Source: Octopus sinensis
Taxonomy: Eukaryota
Direction of reading: 5' to 3'
Assembly: GCF_006345805.1 (NCBI RefSeq)
Contig: NC_043005.1
Location: 74,152,001 to 74,216,000 of the forward strand
DNA length: 64,000 nucleotides
A program made the position numbers and the translations under genes. Below are positions 52,671 through 64,000 of the stretch, piece by piece. Below the pieces are notes generated by a model that was not told the DNA's origin, ran no database searches, and was given only the letters and a program-made list of their open reading frames with translations. Position 1 is the stretch's first letter. The number at the start of each line of letters is the position of its first letter.

Positions 52671-53285
52671 TTTAAGAGATGAGGCATTATGTACATTATG
52701 CAGCTGTGGTAGGTTATACAGAGGCGAAACATGCCGCCCTCTCAAAATAAGGGTAGAGGAACATCGCAAAGCTGTGACAGGTGGAGATATTCATAAATCA
52801 GGTATAGCTGATCATGTATGGAAAAATGGAGACCACCTCCCCCTGTGGGATGAAGTTAAAATAACAGACAGAGAACACCACTGGAAAATATGAAAACTAA
52901 AAGAAGCAGCACATATGCTAGGACACAACAATCTCCTAAGCAGACCGAGTGCAGATATGAACAGCATGTGGGAAACGGTATTAAGGAAGGATAGGAGAAT
53001 ATTAGATTTATAAGCCCTAAAATGCCATAATTGCCTACGGGCTTATGGCGTAGTCATTAAGGGCGCGGGCTCCTGACCCCAAGATTCTGAATTTGATTCC
53101 AGGCATTGACCTGAATAATGATAAGAATAATAATAACAACATCTAAAAATAACTTAGAAATGAGAACCCAGGTTCGAAATTTCCCCAAGACACCTGATGA
53201 AGGCTGGAGGGTATATCAGCCGAAATATTGTGTTAACAACAAACAAGATAAGGACAAATACCCGTCAATTGTAAATAATGTATAA
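52671..53285 (+). mobile_element. Penelope-like element 3' end: GIY-YIG endonuclease remnant plus pLTR-like terminus
   Basis: 52699-53013 translates CSCGRLYRGETCRPLKIRVEEHRKAVTGGDIHKSGIADHVW...DREHHWKI*KLKEAAHM..., matching PLE GIY-YIG motifs (YxGET, R..EH, H, E..KEA) with one stop. Followed by a hammerhead motif. Confidence 0.85.
53190..53233 (+). ncRNA. Minimal type I hammerhead ribozyme motif in PLE terminus
   Basis: ACAC-CTGATGA-A-GGCTG-N10-CAGCC-GAAA-TAT-T-GTGT. Stems I and II pair, palindromic stem III ATAT, extra A after A9. Confidence 0.68.
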
Positions 53286-53439
53286 AGAAACTACAATTTT
53301 ATCCAACAAAAGAAATGCAAAATTTCCATAGGTCTTCGCGTGTACGCAAACTCACAAACACGAACAGTTATACAAACTTGGACACACACACAACAGTTAT
53401 ACAAACCTACACACACATACATATAAACATATCCTTTCT

Positions 53440-53632
53440 ACCATTGTCACAAGGACTGAAATTTTGCGGGAGGGGCTAGTCGATATGATCAACTCCAGTG
53501 CACAACTGGTACTGAATTTATCGACCCTGAAAGGATGAATTTCGGTAGAATTTGAACTCAGAACTGAGCAACGGGCGAAATACTGCTAAACATTTCGTCC
53601 AGCGTGCTAACTATTCTGCCAGCTCGCCGCCT
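53440..53632 (-). mobile_element. SINE family B
   Basis: Reverse-complement copy ending ctgccagctcgccgcc. Confidence 0.75.
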
Positions 53633-55431
53633 TTTTACATACAAACACACACATACGTGTAATGCTCATGATTTTGTGTTTAAGCAGAATCAATTAAAAT
53701 TATCTTAATAATTGCCTAGTACGTATTTTATTAATCCCGGAAGATTTTAAAGGCAAAGATTATCCCAATGTAAACTCACAGTATAAAGTGACTTAGTTAA
53801 TTACTCGCCATCATTTTATCTGGCGCTCTGTCGATTCGGCCATATCTCGTCTCACGTAAGTTTTTCTGAATATATTTTCCATCAACACCAGTTGTACTGG
53901 TTATTTTCACAGTGAGGGATCATAGGACTTGACAATTCATGTTGTCTTCTATTTCGTCCCTCTGATTTCATTTCCCATCAGTTTATAGTTTCATATTTCT
54001 AAAGTCACTTAAATACGTACCGATCATATACTGGAGTGTGAATTAATCGACCGTCTCTTTTTGAAGTCGGCGAAATGGTTGAAGCAAGACCGTCGGATTT
54101 AGAGCCTCAGAAAAATTTTCCTCATCCCTTCTTTATCTTGATCTGTCTTTCATGCGTCTGTGATCGATGAGAGATTACGCAATTTTTTAAAATTATCTCC
54201 CCTTTTCGTTAATTGTCGCCAATAATTGGGTATTTGTTTTCTCTATATCCAACTAAAACAAAGTTTTCAGTTATGAAATCACTTTCTTGTTTTCTTTTTT
54301 ATTATTGTATATGACAATAAGTATGTTGCAGCTTTGCTTCTTCATCAAAATTTATATCATTGACTTATTTAAGCTATTTCCTTTGGTTTACTTTATCTTT
54401 TTCATTGTGCAAATTTTACTGTGAGAAAAGAAAAAAAATTCTTCGTGACTCATTTGCTACAGGCAAAATCTTTGACGTCTGATCAACAAGTTTGGCCACA
54501 CTGTATCATCTTGATGAGGACTAACAGATGGAAACATGTATGGAATTGTCTTTTGTTGGCAAACAAAGATAAGACTTGCGTTAAGATAAATATGTGAATT
54601 AACTTTGAAAGATTCCTCAATAATTTTTTAAAACATCCTTATATGTTTTTTTTTTGTGTGGTTTGAGTCGCCAAGGAATTTTGTTTACTTCCGCCAGCTA
54701 ACGAAGTTTCAATTTAGACATTTCTTTTCATATGACTATCAATGCATTCTCCTCTTCAATTTATTCATCAATATTGAAGCCACTAGCTTATTTGAGTAAT
54801 TTCCCTTAGCTTATTGTACTTCTATAAGCTATGTTCTTAAGTTTCTTTAATCGCCTTTTATTTTCCTTTTAGATATACTTCACCAACTGCCAAAGTGATA
54901 ATTTCCATATATTTCTTTCTCTTATTAGATTATATCTATTGACTGACTGCTTGATTGATTGACTGATCAATCGATTATCTGATTGTTTGTTGTCATATCT
55001 ATTTAATGAAACACTGATTGAATAGAGATTTGATCAAAGGTATACCAGCAGAAACCTTCCTGTCTTATAATCAAATTTTGTGTATTTAAACCGAAATCCA
55101 ATTTCTTTTAAGAGTCTTCTGTTCAGTGTGATTCCAGGATATTTAATATCTGATGATTTTCCTAACAGAGGTGAAACTATTAAGAACAACCCTGATATTT
55201 TTTCTACTCTGAGAAATGTATAAATATTTTAAAATCTTTCAACGGGTTGTGTAATCTAAACATTTCAGGTATACCTTTATTAAGTTTCAGTGTATACATA
55301 TAAATAACACACACGCTCACATACACGCAACCAACCAATACACACACACACACACACGTATGTATATCAGTATGTATATACAGAACATATGAATGCGTGT
55401 ATATATATATATAGAATATATGTTGACGCAG

Positions 55432-55644
55432 ACGTAGCTGTGTGGTAAGAAACTTGCTTCCCAACCACAGGGTTCCAGGTTCAATTCCATTGCGTGACGC
55501 CTTGGACAACTGTCTTCTACTATAGCCTCGGCCTGACCAAAGCCTTGCGAGAGGATTTGGTAGACGGAAACTGAGAGAAGCCTGTCGTATATGTATATAT
55601 ATATATATATATATATTGTTATATTTCGGAATGGTCATTTAAAC

Positions 55645-55703
<59 letters not shown>

Positions 55704-55899
55704 TGTGTGTCTGTGTTTGTCACCCCACCATTACTTGACAACCGATGTTAGTGTATTTACGTCCCCGAAACGGCAAAATAGTCCGATACAATAAATACTA
55801 GGCTTGCAAAGAATAAATCCTGGTGTCAATTTGTTCGACTAAAAGCGGTGCCGCAGCATGGCTGCAATCAAACGACTGAAACAAATAAAAGAATAAAAG
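55432..55899 (+). mobile_element. SINE family C (tail hit by the MITE)
   Basis: Head gtagctgtgtggtaag through tail gactgaaacaaataaaag. Confidence 0.8.
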
Positions 55900-56445
55900 G
55901 GATCTTTTCCTTTTGAACGGCATACGTCAACTCTAACTAAACCTAACCCTAAAATAGATTGAAATGCAATAGATCGATACTAGGGCCATAATCATGGGTG
56001 ACAATTTCATACGACACCGCTACGGAAAATGGGATTTTTTTCTAGCGGTGTCGTATGAAATTGTCACCCATAATTATGGCCCTAGTATCGATCTATTGCA
56101 TTTCAATCTATTTTAGGGTTAGGTTTAGTTAGAGTTAGGGTTAGGGTTAGGGGTGGGGGAAGGGTATCTTTTTTTCTTCGCAGATGTAAATAAACCCAAT
56201 CTGTTTCTGAGGGACATATTTATACAGCACGGTATGTTTTGACTCCAAATGGACGTATTTGATTGGTTAAAATTGCCGAAAAGCTCGATTTTAAAGTGGA
56301 AATATGTTACAACATATAGAATTTTCTCAATAAAGCTAAGAAAAAAATGATGTTTTATAAACATATTCTACCAGTATACGAAGTTTAAAAGTGTTTAGTT
56401 AGCTAGAAATTGTGTTGAAAACGGCCGTTCAAAAGGAAAAGATCC
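55900..56445. mobile_element. MITE / non-autonomous DNA transposon with 22-bp TIRs
   Basis: GGATCTTTTCCTTTTGAACGGC ... GCCGTTCAAAAGGAAAAGATCC, with AATAAAAG on both flanks (possible 8-bp TSD, confounded by the host SINE tail). Contains a 94-bp inverted repeat and (TTAGGG)3. Confidence 0.8.
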
Positions 56446-57004
56446 AATAAAAGAATGTATATATATATATATATATATATACATATTTATATATATACTC
56501 AAAAATATGTTATAATGTGTGTGTGTGGGCGTATACGCACGCACACACAAACACGTACGCACAAAATTCAACTGCACAACGAAAGAAAAAAAAAGCGGCA
56601 TATGTGCAACGAAGCATAAAATGAGTAGTTGAAATAAGCTACCAACAGCCTTCGTCGCATCTCACAGCACTAAATATTTAATCCTTATTTATTTATTTTA
56701 AAAATTCTATATAGTTGAGTTATTGATAACTTGGCTTTTGATATTTAGTAAGGAATATACATATTTTGTATCACACTTCATAGCTAATGCGATATTAATG
56801 AGTTGCCCTCGTTTTGTAGTGTTTTCATTTTACTTTTATTCATAAACTAATGAAAGACTAATAGTCCGCGCTCGTATTTCCTCCACATCTCGGCATTAAA
56901 TGTTTTATCTTAACGTTTGTAAAAGAAAAGCGTTGGGCATATTAGCCAGAAACAGATAGATCTAAATAACTCTAAAACTACCATGCAATATTGGTAGTAG
57001 TAGC

Positions 57005-57061
<57 letters not shown>

Positions 57062-57063
<2 letters not shown>

Positions 57064-57264
57064 CTCGCAGAATCCTTACCGCGCCAAGCAATATTCTTAG
57101 CGGCATTTCTTCCGGCCTCTTTACGTTCTGGGTTCAAATTCCGCCGAGGTCGACTTTGCCTTTCATTTTTTTCAAGGACGATAAATTAAGAACCAGTTGT
57201 GTACTGGGGTCGATCTAATCGACTGGCCCAAAATTTCGGGCTTTCCTTGTGCCTAGAGTAGAAA

Positions 57265-57265
<1 letters not shown>
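57062..57265 (+). mobile_element. SINE family B
   Basis: agctcgcagaatc..gggttcaaattccgccgaggtcgactttgcc. Confidence 0.75.
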
Positions 57266-57322
<57 letters not shown>

Positions 57323-57324
<2 letters not shown>

Positions 57325-57867
57325 GCCCTGATGCAGTACCAGGCAGTGGCTCTCATGGCTCCTGATCCTAACTGATTGGAAGTGTTATCATGTACATTGT
57401 TTTGTCTTGGTATAAAAGATGGGCTACAGCAAATATTCTGCTCAATACCACAGATTTGCTTGTCAGTTGTTTGACCTTAACCAGTTGAGCATGTCCCTTA
57501 GTGGCTGACGATATGTGCATCTCTGATCACGAGCAGAAGTAGTGGGGGAGCATCATGGCCATGTGTTGAGGGGGATTCTTTGGGGTTTGAATAATTCACC
57601 TCTGGAAACATGGGTGGTTCTTTCAACATCCTTAAACAACCCTTATTCAGGGACCTTTTGAGCGGGATGGGCTACTCAACCTGAAGAAAATTCTAACTGC
57701 AAGGTCATGTGCTGTTTATCTTGATATGAGATCACCATGTCGCGCACATATGGTTGTGATGCATGTGCCTGGTGTACCTTTATCAGACGGGTAGTCATGA
57801 TGGGTATATTGGGCTTCGTATATTTTACCCCAGTGTCACTTTGATGGCATGCACTGCTCTCTCACTC
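57323..57867 (+). mobile_element. Interspersed repeat inserted in (AAT)n, probably a LINE 3' UTR
   Basis: 545-bp non-coding block bounded precisely by perfect (AAT)n runs on both sides. No coding motif, so the family assignment is inference. Confidence 0.5.
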
Positions 57868-57974
<107 letters not shown>

Positions 57975-59019
57975 TGTTATTATGGCAGAATCATTTGCAC
58001 GCCGGATAACGCTTGGCGGCATTTCGTACCAGCTGTGTTAGTAGTAATGATAGTAATAGTTGTTGTTGTTGCTGTTGTTGTTTAGGTTGCATCCAGGTCA
58101 GTCCTAATGGAACACACCTATGAGAAAATGTCTTCCAGTCGGGACTCTCCTGCTGGATTTTAAGCTCTGTATTTATTTGATCAATTTTTTTTTTATTATG
58201 CTGCGTGAAGTTGAATATTAGAGAAAAGGATGACCGCTGGTTAATATATTCGTATCGTTTGCTGTCATGGCTAGGCTTTAATCCCTGGCATGAAATAATA
58301 GCCAAAAGAACCAGTTCACCCAGGAAAAGACAACAAAGAAGCCTCTATCCGGTCGTTGTATCTGCTAGAAATAGCAAACAATTCTCTCCTCTTTGACAAC
58401 AGTGTTTCATTCTACATGCACTCACTCATGGCGCTTAATTCTCTCAGGTTTCGTCCTTCTGACCGTAAACAGATACCAAAACGAGTGAAAACGTTCTTTC
58501 TTATATTTCGAGTACGAGACCAATTTATGTAGATGAGACTGTTGGGACCCTAAATCTTCTTTGACTGTGTACCCAAGGGAGACGTTGAATTCATTCAGCA
58601 TACAAGCGTGCAACACTCCTTAATTTTACTGTGCTTGTGCTGCATAAAGTTATGAAATACTCCGTCACGTGTTATCTATTTACGAGTCTTTGCGTACCTT
58701 TGATAAATAACAGGACCATTGACGCAGTGATATCTTCAACAGTATAAAATGGCAGCTAATAATAATAACAACAAACCATCGGCAGCCATAACAACATTAT
58801 GTGGAAAAAATCAGTGACATAAAAAGTAGAACGTTTGCGTTGTTTACGTCTGTTCGGTAGTCGAGTGCACTAATGATCAAAGACATTCGTTTCATTTTTG
58901 ATCAACCCAACAATTTTTTATTTACTTTTCGGACTAGATTCTTCAATTTGCTTTGTTTTTTGAAAAGTAGGATGCGATTATACTGTATTCATATATCGGT
59001 GTCCGTAACTTTGTGGTAA

Positions 59020-59252
59020 ATAACTTGCTTACCAACCACATCGTTCCGGGTTCAGTCCCACTGCGTGGCAAATTGGGCAAGTGTTTTCTACTATAGCTTT
59101 GGGCCGACCAAAGCTTTGTGAGTTGATTTGGTAGACGGAAACTGAAAGAAGCCCGTCATATATTTATGGGCCGATCAAAGCCTTGTGAATGGATTTGGTA
59201 GACGGACACTGAAAGAAGCCCGTCGTATATTTATATATATATAGTCGTACAC

Positions 59253-59343
<91 letters not shown>

Positions 59344-59530
59344 GCATATATATATATATGTATATATATATATGTTTGTGTGTCTGTGTTTGTCCCCCCC
59401 CACACACACACGCACTGTAACTTAGCGGTTCGGCCTAAGAGACCTATAGAATAAGTACTAGGCTTACAAAGAGTAAATTCTGGGATCGATATGCTCCAGC
59501 ATAGCTGCAGTCATATGACTGAAATAAAAG
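59020..59530 (+). mobile_element. SINE family C with internal tandem duplication
   Basis: The segment gggccgaccaaagc..aagcccgtc is present twice (about 59101-59226). Confidence 0.8.
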
Positions 59531-59631
59531 AGTATTAGAATCTTGTGTATGATTGTATGGATTGCTTTGTCAGATAAATTCGTATGTTTTTTTTTTCTTG
59601 TTCTACTTGGCACGTCATCGTCATATGTCTT

Positions 59632-60072
59632 TTATCTCCTACTTGTTTCAGTCATTAGATTGCGGCCATGCTGGGGCACCACCTTGAATAACTTTTAATC
59701 AAATGAATCTACCCCAGTCTTTATCTTTTTTAAAGCTAGGTACTTATTCTATCGGTCTCTTTATGCCGAGCTGCTAGTTATTGGGACACACCAACAACGG
59801 TTGTCAAGCGATTGTAGACGCGCACACGCACGCACGCGTACACACATACATACACACACACATACACATACACACACACACACACATATGTACGACAGGT
59901 TTCCGTCTACCAAATCCACTCACAAATCAGTTTCCGTCTACCAAATCCACTCACAAAGGATTTTGTAGGCCCGAGGCTATAGCAGAAGGCACTTGCCCAA
60001 GGTACCCCGCAGTGGAACTGAACCTGGAACCATGTGGCTGGGAAGCGAGCTACTTACCACACAGTTATGCCT
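59632..60072 (-). mobile_element. SINE family C
   Basis: Reverse-complement copy starting about 100 bp after the plus-strand copy. Confidence 0.75.
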
Positions 60073-60649
60073 ACTCCGACGACTGTAGAGAGGTAAAATT
60101 TATCTAAATTTCAAAAGCGATAAGTAAAAGTTGTAGAAGAAGAGTAGAACTACAAAGAACCGCCATAAAACACTACGACAAAAATAGTTTCCGTGTTAAT
60201 TCAAATAACATCGGAAAGAATTAAACGGAAAGAAATAGCAAAAAGAAAATACAATACATGTTTTGTGAGTTTGTTTGTATGTGTCTATTTGTATATGTCT
60301 CTGTATACGTTTCTATGTGTGTGAACACATGTTATGTAGTCTTGGCACATAGATCATAACGATCCTCCATGATTTACGTGGTGAGTAGGTGCATCGCCCT
60401 GCCTCATTTAATACCGCATTCCGGCCCATAGATTTCATTAGTAGAGTTCACTCTCTAGGAAGGATTTGCACCGACCTTCCTGTGGGGCTTATTACAATTT
60501 CACGGTGTACAAACATCCTCTATATTTCTCTAGATGCCAAACCTTAAAATTAAACCCACTGAATAATTCTTCCTCCTTTTCTCAAATATCGTTGAAGTCC
60601 GATCCAATATAGACTCTACAATGTAGAGTCTTTGTATCATCTCTATAAA

Positions 60650-61150
60650 CACCCAAGTCACACATCTTATTGTGTTCGGACTTACTCTCTTAAACCTTAT
60701 CTATTGTCCATTTTCGTATGAAGTATGTAACCATCCAGGTTGCATGCTTCATATGTTCATTTTACTCTGCCTACTGTCCTCCTCTTGTACCTGGACAAAC
60801 GATCTCAGCTACTCTTGTTCAAAATCTTCATTTGCCATTCTCCAAATATACCTAATTCTTTCACCACTTTTGAAACTCTTCCGACTATTAGCAACTCTTC
60901 GAGTATACCTCCTTCTCCTGCATTGAAGGCCACTGTCTTATTTCACTCTTTTTCGAAGTCATCATTATCGCTGATTTCATCGTTCACAATGTTTCTTGGT
61001 TTTCACATACATCTGATAACTGTTTCATACAGTGCAGGCACCGAATTTTTTCTCAGTCCTCAATTTTCTATATCAATTAGTTTCTCCACCGTTACATATA
61101 TTCCAAATATCTTTGAGATTTTTGTCATTCCAAGCCCAACTTCTGTTTGA
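60650..61150 (-). mobile_element. Highly degenerate LINE endonuclease-like remnant
   Basis: Minus-strand fragments EELLIVGRVSK and VTYFIRKWTIDKV resemble the APE motifs LIVGDFN and TY..G..TxIDYI. Many stops. Confidence 0.35.
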
Positions 61151-61603
61151 CTATAAGTAACTCTGCACCTCTCTGGTCATCCGCTCACGACTACTCATCA
61201 CATACCCTTATATTATACAACGATCTTTCAACTCCTGGATCCTTTAGCACTTTAAGTCATTTAGCTGCTAGGTGCTCCACCAGTTTAATACTAACAACAC
61301 ATGACAGCACATATATTTCACCTTCACAGTAGAAAACAAATCTGCAGATAATTGAAACTAATTTCCGTATATACACACAATGAAAGTTCACAAACTGAAG
61401 TTCTTCGAATTGGCTACTCATGGCTGCACTATAGTAGTTCTGGCAAAAAATCAGATTTTTTGGATAAAGTTTTCAGAAATAATCCAATAAATTTAGTATT
61501 AATTCCGTAAAATATTCCCGGTTCCCGCGAGTATTTATTAAAATATGAGATACTATTAGTAGTAATGTTATTGAAATTTTAACGTTGCTTTTCTCGTATA
61601 GTT

Positions 61604-61697
<94 letters not shown>

Positions 61698-63004
61698 TAT
61701 ATACACACATATATATATATACATATATATATATACATACACATATATATCATATATATATGTTATATATATACAAAGTTGGAATTTCCCAAAAACAAAA
61801 GACGAAGACAGATGTGTAAACAACAAACAGGTGTATTAGTTTAACGCTCTGGAAGGTGAGAAAGTCTTTTATGTTTCGTGCCTACGCTGTATGTATGTAT
61901 ATATTTATGTATGTGTACAACCTAAAAATTTAATATCTATATAATTTTGGGTGAGGACTCTTTTACTTTATTCTTTTATTTGTTTCAGCAATTTGACTAC
62001 GGCTATGCTGGAGCACCGCCTTACATGTCATTATTCATAAATTTATTAGTAAACCAAATGAACTCTTTAGAGGCTTTAAATATCCCTCAAGGGAAGCTAA
62101 TTCTAATGACACCGTTTAACTACTGTTTCGTCCTCTTTTATCGTTCGACCCAAGATCATGCAATAACTACCAGCTAGCGCTCTGTAACTATGATTGTTTA
62201 GCTGAAAACACTTCCTTTGGTAATCCGACAGATGATACAAAAAGATCCTCTTTGAAACTGTGCATTAGGCTAGGGATGTGACAAAATATTTATCATATCT
62301 GTTTTGTGTGAATTACTTCTTGATTTTCAATTCTGTTTCATTTGCATATAATAAACAGCCATCATAGTAATGAAATCACCGGATATCTCAGAAGGCATTT
62401 TAAAATGGATTTGCCTCGGTTATGTACGGATTAATATGTCCTCTTGACTGGCACGTGTATTTACGTATGTGTATGTGCGTATTGGTGTGTGTGTTTGTTT
62501 GTTTGTTTGTGTGTGATTTAAGAAGTATGAAATTTAACAATTTATTTCTATTCCAGCTAAGCAAATTACGAGCATATTTTGAGGAAATAATTAAATATAT
62601 GTATTTTTTCTGTTGTTGACTGGGATAAGATGTAACACATGTGAGAACGTTTAAATGTTTTCAGGGGAGAAAAATTCATTAAGTTTTATATCAGTGTGTG
62701 TGTGTATGTGTATGTGTGTGTATGTGTGTGTGTATGTGTGTGTGTGTGGTGTGTGTGTTTATATTCAAATTGAAATTGAAGATAATCTACCTATCTAAAT
62801 ATTTCTTAAACGAATTAAACATATATCACTTTGAGATGATGTAATTATTTCTGTTTTTTTTTTCCTTCTTCTATTTTTATCTTTCCTGGTGACCATCAAC
62901 TTTCACTCAGCGAAAGAAATTGCTGTTTTAATACCACTAAAGCTATATGAGCGTCTAAGCATGTTGGAATCAAGCACGTTATATATACATACATACATAC
63001 ATGC

Positions 63005-63057
<53 letters not shown>

Positions 63058-63066
63058 AATATATAT

Positions 63067-63145
<79 letters not shown>

Positions 63146-63193
63146 GTATGTTTGTATATATATTACACACACATACACACACATGAATGTATG

Positions 63194-63229
<36 letters not shown>

Positions 63230-63706
63230 CTAATTCTGTGAAATGCCATGATTTAATTAATTTAGTGGCGACATGATTATTAAGCAGTACTTATATCTAA
63301 TATTAAATTTGAACAAAAAATGACTTTCAGAGTAAGACTGATGATGGCAAATTGCCAAGTTTATAATATATATATCGTGATATCTAGAAGGAAGTGGATG
63401 TTCAACATAGATAGAATTATGGATTAAGTATTTAGTGCTACTTTTTTGCTCTCTGGGTTCAACTCGAACTAAATACATTTTGGTTAATATATTGTTGCAT
63501 AATTTCTTCTTTAATTCTCTGTCTCATTAAAGCAGAAATTAATATAGGTGCAAGCATGGTTGTATGATAAGATGCTTGTCTCCCAATCACATGGTTCCGC
63601 GTTTTCAATCCCACTGGACAGAAATAGCTAACATAGCTTCAGGCCAACAAAAGCCTTGTAAGTGAATTTGGTAGGCGGAATCTAAAATAAGCCCGTCGTG
63701 TATATG

Positions 63707-63753
<47 letters not shown>

Positions 63754-63827
63754 TATCAAAGAATTTTTTGCGTAATGAGATAAAAAAAACCAAGGCTGTA
63801 TAGATATTAGAACATTTATAGATAGAA

Positions 63828-63881
63828 GGTCTTACAGCTGTTTCCAGGATATTTATTAATTATATCCCTTCATCGGAGACG
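63828..63881 (-). ncRNA. Hammerhead-like motif with CCGAUGA core
   Basis: Minus strand reads GTCT-CCGATGA-A-GGGATAT-N9-ATATCCT-G-GAAA-CAGCTG-T-A-AGAC. Confidence 0.5.
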
Positions 63882-64000
63882 GTGTGAGAGGATCGTTAAG
63901 TAATATTTAATTTAAATAGGATACAAAATAAAGAGTGAGGTGGAGGAAAGAAAATAGATGTGAGATATGTAGGGATAATGAATTTGTAGATTCATTTTTT

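Noticed and set aside
54505-54545. TTGATGA..GAAACATGTA hammerhead-like motif
   Set aside because: C3 is lost and stem II does not pair.
56110-56152. Telomere or telomere fusion site
   Set aside because: Only three perfect TTAGGG units, located inside a TIR-bounded element.

Overview
Eukaryotic, AT-rich, microsatellite- and repeat-dense DNA. Its SINE/LINE families look like an octopod cephalopod (Octopus-like); this is my recognition, not a database result. A 100-N gap at 17886-17985 splits the window. Left of the gap, nine minus-strand exons with GT-AG boundaries and compatible phases (17626 down to 124) encode an internal part of a mucin/SCO-spondin/hemocytin-like protein (TIL, VWC-like, LDLa and Thr/Ser/Pro-rich modules). 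Its introns hold an intact-looking tRNA-Glu(TTC), inverted SINE pairs, a Helitron and an RTE remnant. Right of the gap are a CCAAT/GC/TATA promoter-like site with a short exon (19.7-19.9 kb) and a 1.55-kb plus-strand exon encoding a signal-peptide-bearing, Asn/Gln-rich protein of unknown family (27620-29165) that ends at a GTAAGT donor. About 35 kb of repeats follow: Penelope-like elements with several hammerhead ribozyme motifs (one fold-back with a hammerhead on each strand, one tRNA-head/hammerhead/GIY-YIG composite), a cluster of non-autonomous Helitrons, a TTAGGG-bearing MITE, Dong/R4-like pieces inside (TAA)n, and many SINEs. Most entries in the ORF track are microsatellite artefacts. 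No prokaryotic features or CRISPR arrays were found. Repeat boundaries were read by eye and are approximate.
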